Source of the DNA: Trichosphaerium sp. ATCC 40318
Taxonomy: Eukaryota; Protista; Tubulinea
Length of the DNA stretch: 64,000 bases
Direction of reading: 5' to 3'
NCBI GenBank assembly: GCA_038496445.1
Contig: JALMLS010000589.1
Coordinates: 124,001 to 188,000 of the forward strand
Position numbers and translations under genes: made by a program. Shown one piece after another: positions 48,922-59,459 of the stretch (the stretch's first letter is position 1; each line of letters starts with the position of its first letter). The notes beneath the pieces are model-generated. The model was given only the letters and a program-made list of their open reading frames with translations, was not told the DNA's origin and did no database searches.

Positions 48922-49770
48922 TTATTCTTCTTTTTTATGCTTGTACATGACAAGATTTACAAAGCTGCTGAGGACTTGTAAACAGTGTTCGTCAATGCTT
49001 CCATGATCCTTCTTTATTCTTAATGTTGCTAGTAGTGTAAGAGGAAACACATCAGGTGTCTTAGTATTAGCAACATAAATATCTGTATATTTACTTTGAA
49101 GAAAAAAGATATCTGACAGAACAACGTATTGCCAAAGTGATGGATTTAGTTTGAATGTGTCAAACACGAAATGTACTTCATATGTTTGTATGTCACCTGG
49201 ACTCAATGTAATTGTAGGGCTCTTAAACGGTTGTTTAGGATAGTGCTTCCTATTTTTGAGAAACTTATGATTTGCTTTGATTTTAGGCTTCCAAATAAAT
49301 ATAGTACTATCAAAGTTAATGCCTTCAATTGTTGTAGAACCAAAACTACAGCCGAAACAAACTTGTTCTGGTTGTTTACCAATATTTTCAATTGTAAGCT
49401 TGACTGTAATTGTATCGCCTTTATGAACATGTGTCTTGTCACAACTCAACTCTGCAATGATGTTTGGAACAAGTTTGTTTCTATATTTTTCTTTCCACGT
49501 GATTGGCTCAATATTGTAGATCGTTGGTGAGCTTAGATCTATCGGTAATCTCGGTTCTATATCTAGGTGGACGGCAGACTCTGCTTCTTCAGCGCCTTTA
49601 CCCCATTTACGATGGTATAAACCTCGATAAATGTAATCTGAGTTGTTTCGTATCATATCGTCCAGAAAATGGTTTGATTGTTGAAGCGAAGCCAAATCTT
49701 GCCATGTCATGTTGTTTCTCACGATAATACTCAAAAATATCTCAACAGGTAACGAAAATATGTCAGTCAT
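48922..49770 (-). CDS. intronless F-box protein, family A
   Basis: IFSLPVEIFLSIIVRNNMTWQDLASLQQSNHF; paralog of 21939..22895. Confidence 0.85.
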   Translation of the reverse strand: MTDIFSLPVEIFLSIIVRNNMTWQDLASLQQSNHFLDDMIRNNSDYIYRGLYHRKWGKGAEEAESAVHLDIEPRLPIDLSSPTIYNIEPITWKEKYRNKLVPNIIAELSCDKTHVHKGDTITVKLTIENIGKQPEQVCFGCSFGSTTIEGINFDSTIFIWKPKIKANHKFLKNRKHYPKQPFKSPTITLSPGDIQTYEVHFVFDTFKLNPSLWQYVVLSDIFFLQSKYTDIYVANTKTPDVFPLTLLATLRIKKDHGSIDEHCLQVLSSFVNLVMYKHKKEE

Positions 49771-49869
49771 ACTGGTGGTTAAACAGCCAAAAGAAACAGC
49801 AACGGGTTTGCTTAATGAAAAAAGAGTAAGCGAACTTTCAGAAGAAATTATCTCGCAATTTCTGATTTA

Positions 49870-51773
49870 GTCAGCGTCCTATTTTTCCGGACCGCCCTAT
49901 TTTTTCCGGGTAAAAATCAAAAATTTCAGTACAAAACAATAAGTTTCTCCCTTCAAACATAAGTAAGATATTCCGAATTCTAGTATAAGGAATACACGAT
50001 ATTAGGCACGCGGTATAGGTACTCAGATATGCTGTTACTTGTTAGCTTACACGCATTTCTCACTATTTTTGCCTCTGATATACGCTTTCATCTCGCACTA
50101 CTTACACGCCATCTACTAGACATATTTTACTTATAGTACCTCTCATAAGAAACGTACAAGTCATGTTTGGAGTTTACAGAGGGCTGATTTGGTATTTTTT
50201 TATGTAACGTTGTTTTTAATTTTGCTTTTCTAGCTTTCATTGTAACTTTTTTTTTGCAAATTTGGGATGCACAGGTTTTGTTACCAGTTGAGAACAAGTG
50301 CTGTTTCTCAGGTAGACTGAAAATTATTTCTATGTTTGATCTTTATCAAACTCTATTGCACTTATAGAATTAACATCATACTCTTAGTCACCGTCACCCA
50401 AACGCAGATGGGTATACAGCTTAATATCAAAGGCTTGTTATATTAACTATAACTCATTTATACTTTCATCGATGTTTTGTCAATGACTTCAGGTCAGACA
50501 AATCATGTTGGCACATCAGTTTTTTCAGTTTTTTTCCACAATCTATATTTTTCTGTAGGCCAACACCAGCGTATACCTATTGTGACATTAACAGTCCAAC
50601 TTTAGAGTATTAATATGTTTGCTTTGAACTACAGCTTTATATAAAATTACATACCATATTATGATGTCAATATTGAGTTTAACTATCGCCACACAAACAT
50701 ACACAACAAGTAAGAATTGATGTGAAATGAGCATCTCCCATAATTTAAATGCAATCTTATATAATGAGCGTCTAAAACATAGTGTTGGTGCTTGTATACA
50801 AACATCAAGTAGCCTTTGGAATATAGGGATGGGGACTGAGAATGTTCAAATAAGAAGCAAATTGTGAATTTTTTGAGAAAGGATAGTCTCCGTTTACCAC
50901 TCACGAAAAAAATTTGCACCACTTCTACTACTATGATTTCCTTCCTCATTATACATGTAGTGCTGGTGATATGCAGCTGTAGCACAAACGCTTCTCTGAG
51001 CATAGAAATATACCACCTTTTACGCTGTACATGAGGATGCCACAAGTGTAATAAACACAGTATTAACGCCTTTCCTGGATATATTCATTGCAAACGTCAA
51101 CTTGCCCATTATCTCACTTGTCATAAATGATTTTTGCTGAATTGGGACACATTTTGAATCATGGGATACAAACTTATGGAGTCAACTCCAAATACAACCA
51201 CAAAAAACTAAAAATGTGATCAACAATTTTGGTGACATCACATTCTCAGAGTGTAAAACCTGAATGTTGCAGACTGGCTCACTATATTTCCTAATGACTC
51301 AGGTATAGCAAGAAATATAGCACATATGTACATCTTTGATTTTGTGGCCCAGTTTTAATGCTAATGTTCACACCCGAATCTTAAATCACTGTTTACGGCT
51401 TTGTGAATTTTAACAAACAATTATTTGATACTCTCGACAACCTCTCCTCTGTGTTAAATTTCGTATACTAAGTGGCCCAAAAAGTTGCGACACTTTTTTT
51501 TTTCGGTGATTTGTTGAAAATTGTATGTTGAAATTATTTTTCTTTTTGTTCTCACTTCATGTCATAGGCAGCTTGAGTTCTGTTTTAGCCTGATTGTTGT
51601 TTAGCCGTGTAGCGCCCAGCTATTTCGGTTGGAAATGTAACGCTTGGCAATGCTAAAAGCTTGGAATTTTATGAAAACTAAGAAAGTGCGTTTCGCGACC
51701 CCGTTTCTGTACATTAATACGCACTTTCAAAAGCGGAAAAAATAGGGCAACCCGGAAAGAATAGGACCGTGAC
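49870..51773 (-). mobile_element. decayed TIR DNA transposon (about 1.9 kb), possibly with Mutator-like transposase remnants
   Basis: Imperfect inverted repeats of about 40 bp: GTCAGCGTCCTATTTTTCCGGACCGCCCTATTTTTTCCG and the reverse complement of 51734-51773, flanked by TA on both sides. Broken internal minus-strand fragments YPGKALILCLLHLW and WTVNV...CQH. Confidence 0.65.
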
Positions 51774-51952
51774 TAATTGTCTTCACTGTTCCTAATCGGT
51801 ACTAGAAGTTTGGTCTGGTGTACAACAGATCTCATTAGTAAAAACAAAGTGTAGGTATTCTTTGCCTTATCCTAGGAGGTGCTGTGGGATCGTTGTCGGC
51901 GAAAGGATTTTTAAAGGCAAGTCTGTATCAAAACTCGTACAGTATCAGATCC

Positions 51953-52021
51953 AGCATGCTTAGTACTGTTAACGGTCCGACTCAACTCAAGACTAAAGTC
52001 ATTAACAGTACTAAGCATGCT
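51953..52021. repeat. perfect 20-bp inverted repeat (hairpin, 29-nt loop)
   Basis: AGCATGCTTAGTACTGTTAA (51953-51972) and TTAACAGTACTAAGCATGCT (52002-52021). Confidence 0.9.
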
Positions 52022-52460
52022 ATCCCACATACTGTTTTAATGTAACATTTGCAAAAACCCAATGACAACATTATTAGAGCCAGGTAAAGAAGCGATGGAA
52101 CGTTTACTAGCACAAAACTTTGCTATGGTGACTTTTGTTTTTGGCAACTAAACTAGTTTATCGACTTAACTGGTGAAAAGGAATAGTTTCGTATCGGGAA
52201 TATATTTGGCTACTATATAGCCATCAGAAAGAGGGATGCGTACTTGACAAACAAATGTTGAGTAAGTCACTGAGCAATACAATTCTGCATTTTGTATGTT
52301 TGAGTTCTAGGTGGGCGTACTGGTGGTAATGCTTTATCTTCTACTATAAAACTGCTCAACATTTCTCAGTGACTGTAAAACTATAACAAATTTATGTGTT
52401 TGGGTACTTCGCTTATGCCTTTATTGTTTAACATATTGTATGATTCTAAAACAATATTCA

Positions 52461-53567
52461 TTACCTAGGATCACACTGTAGATTGTCTATAACTTCCTGT
52501 ACACCAATCAATGATTTAATACCCTCATCTGTTATCCCATCACAAAAACTAATGCTGATAGTATGTACTCCTACTAATACCTTGATACCGTTATCTGTAA
52601 TGGATTCACAACCAACAAAACTGATAGTATGTACACCCGCCAACGCTTTTAAACATTCATCTGTTACTTTTGTACATGATAGATCAATGCTATGTACACC
52701 AGCCAAAAGCTTCACACCCTTATCAGTTATATTTAAACATTGTTGTAAGCTGATAGTATGGACACCTATCAACGCTTCCAATCCTTTGTCTGTCACGCAA
52801 GTAGATGCTAACTCAATATGATGTACTCCTTTTAATGCTTTGATTCCCTTGTCTGTTATCTTGTAACAACTATTTAAACCGATAGTATGTACACCTGCAA
52901 AAGCTTGCAGGCATTTATCTGTTATGTTTGAGCATCCTAAATCAATCTCGTGTACTCCAGCCAAAAGCTGTATGCCCTTATTTGTTATTTGAGTACAGTT
53001 ATACAAGTTGATAGTGTGTACACCAACCAATGCCTTCAACCCTTCGTCTGTCACGTTGGTTTGGCAAAGATTAATGTTATGGACACCACCCAATACTTTG
53101 ACCCCTTCATCTGTTACTGAAGTGTTTGCAAGAGAGATTGTATGAACACCAGCCAACAATTTAATAGCTTCATCCTTAGCTAGTGTATACGAAATGTCAA
53201 TAGTATGGATACCAGATAATTCTTTAATGCACTCGTATGATAGATCACGACACATACTATTGATATAAACAGCTTCTGAAAGGTACATCTTAACGTGTTT
53301 TGGTTTCAATACACACAGCAGCTGGATTTCGACTTTTGGTATAAGTAAGGGACATGACTTAAATAGCTTCCGAAGTCGTTTTTTGTTTCTTATTATAACT
53401 TTGCGTCTGATTTTTGTGTTGTATTTCATGTAATCTTGTACTATACGAGCGAATAGAGTACATGTTTCGCTTACAGGTTGTATACAGCTCGTACAAACGA
53501 AATTAAGTATTAAAACCCATACCTCGATAGGTACAGCATCAACGATATGATTAGATCCTTTATCCAT
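52461..53567 (-). CDS. intronless F-box + LRR protein (GVHTIxL..T.VTDEG.K.L repeats)
   Basis: DAVPIEVWVLILNFV...VSETCTLF F-box followed by about 11 regular 22-23 aa LRRs. Confidence 0.9.
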   Translation of the reverse strand: MDKGSNHIVDAVPIEVWVLILNFVCTSCIQPVSETCTLFARIVQDYMKYNTKIRRKVIIRNKKRLRKLFKSCPLLIPKVEIQLLCVLKPKHVKMYLSEAVYINSMCRDLSYECIKELSGIHTIDISYTLAKDEAIKLLAGVHTISLANTSVTDEGVKVLGGVHNINLCQTNVTDEGLKALVGVHTINLYNCTQITNKGIQLLAGVHEIDLGCSNITDKCLQAFAGVHTIGLNSCYKITDKGIKALKGVHHIELASTCVTDKGLEALIGVHTISLQQCLNITDKGVKLLAGVHSIDLSCTKVTDECLKALAGVHTISFVGCESITDNGIKVLVGVHTISISFCDGITDEGIKSLIGVQEVIDNLQCDPR

Positions 53568-53828
53568 TGGTGAATTAGCGGTTATTGTTAATGAACGTGG
53601 TGTGAACAGTGCTGATCAAAAACGGTTGATCAAGACTTAACAAGTCAATCGAAAGTCAAGAAAAGCACATTTTGTACACATCTACAGAGAAGGCTCGAGA
53701 AACGCACTGCTAGGATTGGTTTCGGCTCAACTTGTTTAATATGACGTAGTATACAATTGAAGCGAGTTGTACACTATCACTACCAATACGTTCATTAAGC
53801 CTTGTTTACAATGAATAAGGATATTTAT

Positions 53829-56222
53829 TTATTTACCAAAATGGAACATATTTTTAAAAGGATTAGGATTAGCCTTTATACTATGTGTTAAGCTCTCAAC
53901 TCCTTGCCATAAACCAATAATACTACCAAGTACTCCAAACAATATACAAAGTATATGAAGTACCCAACGCCACCATGTCATGTCCTCACGGCAAATCATA
54001 ATATGAAAGAGTGGAGGTAAAATCTGAGTTGAAAAAAAAGTTAAGTTTGGAGATCAAGTGTTTAAGTTAATTATTACGTACATATACACTTCCTGAAACA
54101 GATAACGCAGTTATAATAGATATTAAATCAAGGAAATAAGGTAGCTACAAGAAATTATGAGTAGATGAAGGCGCAAACTAACTGTTTTTGTTACAAACAA
54201 ACTGCAACTTAATATAAAGTGTTATATTGCTTTTTTTCTTGCGTGAACACACGTACAGCCAGAGCAATGACGATGAGTGCTATCATAAGTAAAGGCCTTA
54301 CAGTCAAGCGCTGAAAGAAGCCTCCATAACCCATATAAGGTTCAGTTGCATTTTCCACCTTCAAAGCAATTAAAAAAATATGTTCAAAGAACAGTTCGCT
54401 AATAATAGAGAATAAACACGTACAACACTACACAGAGCTGTGGCAACAATTGGTATAGCACATATAAGATGTACTACGATTATAGCGTTTGCGGTAAGTA
54501 CCACAGGCTTAAAGGAAACATTAGAAAAAGTGTTCAAACAATAAAACACAAGTTTAGACATGTTTTACCTTTACATCAGAAAAAGCAAGCAGGGCATCTA
54601 ATATATTGCTCACACCAGGGGTTCCCAGGTAAGAGCCATATACTAAGTATCCAATAACACTCATTGGTACATACATGACTAGAGGACGAAATGAGTTGGT
54701 TTTAAAAGCCGTTGTGGAAAAAATGCTTTATACTCTATACAATTGCAATAACATAACATACCTGAAACTAGAGCATATGCAAGCCAAAGAGAGCTATTCC
54801 ACTCTCTTTTATTCTTCATCTCACTCCAGTAATTGGGAAACTAAATAAAAGGTAAGTACTACTAAACTTCGAAAAAAGTGAGTAACACGTGTTTACATTT
54901 CAAACTAGATTTGAATGAACTGTAACAGTTTTTGCTTTCGGTTGTTAATATTTTTGTACCAATGACGTAGATCCATAGCTGAATGTAATTATATTAAAAG
55001 CTTGAGCTATTTTTTTGAGGTTGACGTCCTTATGCGTAATATTATTGTCAGCGACAATAATATGGTAATTGTCAGAACCATAAAGAATGAAAGATTCAGC
55101 GATAGCAATGATCACAACCACTTAATAACATTAAAAACACTGTAAAAGCCATTGAATAAACTGTACCTAACGTTGCTGCAACCGCCAGATAACTGCAAAG
55201 TGCGTAAGCAACAAAAATTTTCATACACTGTCAAAAAAAAACCCTTTAACGTACGCTGTCCACGATACTTCACCGTACGACTTTAAAAGAACCAACAAAG
55301 GTATCAAAGCTATTCCAAATACAAGTGTCCAGAACGCGTGAGGTACTGTAGGTACAATACCATTCATTAAAAGGCCTATAAGCGTGTTAACGAGCGGATA
55401 CAATTTGTTATTTCAAAAACAAACTCACCCAACAAAATCAAGAAAATTATCGTAATCCCTGCCATCGTAACATAAACCAACAGCTCTGTTATTAACCTGC
55501 CCCAAAAACCAAAAGCTTCTTGACCAATTTCAGAGTAACAGAGAAGTAGTCAAGGAGAAGAGAGACAAGCAAATCTTTGAGTTTTGAAGCAAACCAAAAC
55601 CCAAAAAAACCAAAAAAAGAAAAACTCTTTATCACGTGGTTTGACAAAAAAACAAAAAAGGTATTTTCTCGATTATTTAGGATACTTATGTACTTTGATC
55701 GTCATAGCGGACATCGCGTATCCCAACTGTCTTGCCGCGTAATTAGCAGCGAAAACACAAACAAAAAGTAAACCGATTCCAATCCAACCAGATTCATTAA
55801 TACCAGAAGGTAGAGATAGCTTTGAAACAAAGTGTCAACCACAAAGTTTTTTCTCAAAATCTCAAAATGTTGCGAGATATAAAACGTACGACGCCTCCAC
55901 CCGCCATACCGCCCACTATTAGAGCCGCTGTGCCAATCCTAAGCGGCAATTAAAACAAAAATGACGATTCGGGCAAAAAACGATTTACGTTAAAAATCAG
56001 CTGTAGACCCTTAATTATAAGGACCATAGCGCTGTAAGCTAAAATTAAGCGTTTTTGCTTTGAATACGTCATCAGCACGCGGTTTTTAGCTATAAACGCT
56101 CTGAAACGTTATGTTGATGCTCTCCTACGCTTTACATATACGTACCAACCATTCTTTTTATTCTCTATAACTTCTACGTCTTTTCGCATTAGAGCAACGC
56201 CAGTACCATCGTTAATACTCAT
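53829..56222 (-). CDS. amino acid permease (AAAP / Aa_trans family), multi-exon
   Basis: IVGGMAGGGVLSLPSGINESGWIGIGL, YSEIGQEAFGFWGR, FPNYWSEMKNK, LGYPYLIIITALSVSGSV(Y)ILPPLFH-like TM blocks. Confidence 0.85.
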
Positions 56223-56817
56223 ATCAACAAAGTTAGAGGTATATTTTACGATTTATAACCTTAACGTCTGGGCTCTTGAGTTGGAAATAACAAAAAATTG
56301 ATTCGCAAAGTAGGTAGAAACTTCTTCAAATCCTGTTTTAGTAGTCCACGGGTTTTTACTATGGTGGTGTCGTTGGTACTAGCATATTCAGTGGCGATAC
56401 AGTCATTTGTGACACAATAAATTAACGAATTCGTCTGTTTTGCCTTTCTATTTAAGGAATATTCGTCTTGGCTGGAGGCCCTCCGTTCCATGTACAAATT
56501 GATCTGTATGTAGATTGGATTAACATAAGTGGTTGCCAAGAAAACATAAAGGGAGCTGTGTTTCTATATCCACCATTTTTCTCATAATACCATAACTTAA
56601 GAGCGTAGAAAAGCTTTAGTGGCAATTTTCAACCGGTTGAAGTTAATTATGGTTGCTATGGATGGCAATTTTTCTAAAGTGCAAAGTCGAATTTTTTTTC
56701 GACACCTTGCATCGACTACATCTACTACAGTCGACAATCAACTATTTGCCTACCCAAGTGGAACTTGAATGTAGTTGACAAACTACTTTTGCTACAGTTT
56801 GCCCTTGTCCAAAGGGA

Positions 56818-57450
56818 ATGAATAACAACATGTCAACATGCAGTCACGTGTTTCAGTTGCCAGTCGAGATACAACTAGAAAATATTGACTTGGATGAAGT
56901 GTATGTAAAATGGCCACTGCTATCAAAATATAATACCTGCATGACAACGAGGTTTGAGTCTGACATGAACAAACACGGGAAATGGAAAAAATATCAAGAA
57001 TCGTCAACATTGAGAATACAAAGAATGGAATGGGACGGCCAATTGGAGAAGAAGTGTAGTTACATCAATGGTAAATGGTAAACGCAGAGATTATTACAAC
57101 AACAATGGAACGGGTTACCAATTGCATTGTACTTACAAAGATAGTAAACTTCATGATATTGGCAATCTACATGGGGAGTACTTATAATGGCTGCGAAATG
57201 GTGTATTGTCTAAAAAGTGTAGCTATAATAATGGCAATCTACACATGGGGAGTATTTAGAATGGAGTTCATACGATTGGTCATGTGGCAGATTATCAAAG
57301 TGTTATTACGTAGATGGTAAATAAACTTGAAGGAGAATATGCAAAGATATGAACAGGATTGGGATGAGCAGGATGAAGAATATTAGTATACATATCATGA
57401 TGATGGCTCTATTCGAACAATGCAAATACACTCACGGTAAGAAGAAGTAT
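56818..57450 (+). pseudogene. frameshifted MORN2 / F-box-like paralog
   Basis: VFQLPVEIQLENIDLDEVYVKWPLLSK...TTRFESDMNKHGKWKKY matches the 45313 N-terminus; downstream repeats are split over several frames. Confidence 0.85.
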
Positions 57451-57469
57451 AAAGTTATTTGTACTGGTT

Positions 57470-57535
57470 TCCACCAAGTTTATTTGGTACTTCTCTTTCC
57501 ACGTGATTGGATTCAGATTATAAAGTTGATGACTT
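57470..57535 (-). pseudogene. remnant of F-box family A
   Basis: Minus strand YNLNPITWKEKYQ versus YNIEPITWKEKYR / YNVKPVTWKEKYQ in the intact paralogs. Confidence 0.65.
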
Positions 57536-57904
57536 TTCTTCAGTTATTATCTCAGTTACTGTCTGTTTTTGAAGTACCTTACTGTTGTTTTGTGTGAAGA
57601 TTAGTTTAACGGATCGTAAGTATCATTGATGCTCAGCCAGATATCCATAAGTTTCCACAAACCAAGAGCTAAAAACCACCTTAAGTGAGAAGTTGGTTGT
57701 CACTTTCAATTAAGACATGTACCCCACCATTGACATTGATACTAAACTCATAGCGGGATCTGTTATCCCCGCATACATCAAAGAATATAAGATACGAGAG
57801 AGAAAAAACAACTACTTTCTCTGGCAACACAATCAATGATCAATTTAGGACAGAAACATGTTGACGATATTCTGTTGTCATACTACCAAAGTAATCTTGT
57901 ATTA

Positions 57905-58971
57905 ATGTCCGTGGCACAGGTTACCACACTTCAAAGATTGCCATCAGAGATACTCACGCTCATTCTCCGGTTTCTTGGCAAAAAGCAGCGCATTCTGGCT
58001 TGTTTAGTGTCACAGCGAATTAGAGCTGTTATTCGCAATAATTGGCTTTCAAAGTAAAAACTGAAATCTGCATCCGATTTCAGCGTTCTCAAAGGTAATC
58101 CATTGCTATCAAACACCGAAATCGTCTGTAGAGGTTTACGAATGTCAGAAAACGACATAGCTAGCCTTTGTGGTGTTCGTACAATAGATGTACGAAGTAC
58201 AACGATTACTGATGAACATATTCTCAAATTAGTTGATGGAGGCAAACACACCATTCATAACATTAATCTAAGTCATACTCGTATAACAGATGTATCACTT
58301 ACAGCACTAAAAGGTGTTCATACTATTGATCTGGAAGCATGCAAAGGACAGACGAGGGTATCAAAGCACTCAAAGGCGTTCATACTATTTCCCTTGGTCT
58401 CACAAACGTTACAGATGCAAGCTTAAAAGTACTAAATGAAGTACATTCTATTTCTCTTTATCATTGCAAATACCCAACAGATGAAGGTTTAAAAGCACTA
58501 AGAGGTGTTCATACTGTAGATATTCATGGTTGCTCTAATATTACAGATGAAGGCCTTAAATCGCTTGTGAAAGCGCACATAATTACAATTGGTCAATGTC
58601 CACGTGTTACCATTGAAGGAATGAAGATATTAAAAGATATTCATAAAATAGTTCTCAGTTTGTCAACAGATGAAAAAATCAAGCAATTATCTAATGTACA
58701 CACTATTTGTACTTCTGGGATGGGTGTTACAGATGATGGCATTAACTCATTGATAAATCTAAAGCACTTAAGGTTAGTTTATTGCGCTGTTACAAACTCA
58801 GGTCTTAAACCTTTGGTCAATCTTGAACACTTAGAGTGCTATGGGTGTCCCAAGATTACTAATGATTGTTTACAATACTTGACATCCGTCAACAGCATCA
58901 GTATTGGTGGTAAACGCTCCATTACACAAGAAGCTGTTGAGGCCATGTGTATTCAATATTTTGAGCTGTAG
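57905..58971 (+). pseudogene. F-box + LRR gene disrupted by an in-frame TAA (58055-58057) and a frameshift (about 58345)
   Basis: LQRLPSEILTLILRFL F-box; GVHTI LRRs continue across three ORFs of the track. Confidence 0.8.
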
Positions 58972-59089
58972 AACACGTGATAAATTGACAATAAAGTCCT
59001 ATCTTTGTTTTTAGTGGCCGGTTTTTTTAGCATGTTGCTAGTCAACTTCAAAGGTGCAGAATGTTTGATGACAATTCAATTTGTCCAAG

Positions 59090-59244
59090 TGATTGTTGGA
59101 GTTCATACTATTGACCTCAATTACACCAAAGTAATAGATGAAGGTGTCAAAGCACTTGCTGGGGTTCATACTATTGAGCTAAGGAATACTGAAGTAACTA
59201 ATGAAGGCGTAACAGCACTAAAGGATGTATTGGGCTTTCCTTAA
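59090..59244 (+). pseudogene. LRR fragment (two repeats)
   Basis: VGVHTIDLNYTKVIDEGVKALAGVHTIELRNTEVTNEGVTAL with no credible start. Confidence 0.75.
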
Positions 59245-59459
59245 ATAGTAACACGATTGTACAAGATACTCAAAGTGCAATAAAATTTACATCAGTCAAC
59301 TACAGGTTTTTTAGTACATTAACAGCCTGTTTATTCTTGTTTTTATTATTGCATAGTGCCAACAATAGTACAGATATATTATAGTAATGTATGAGTTTGT
59401 ATGAGAGATAAACATAGCTGAGAGTGAGGAAATGGTGAACGAGGTTTTTTTTTTTGACA

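Noticed and set aside
58054-58083. Stop-codon reassignment or a 30-nt intron rescuing the F-box-LRR gene
   Set aside because: TAA terminates many genes here; the shortest well-supported intron is 40 nt; a downstream frameshift breaks the gene anyway.
43602-59244. Integrated giant-virus genome segment
   Set aside because: No viral core genes (capsid, polymerase, packaging ATPase); the repeat genes are interleaved with intron-rich host genes.
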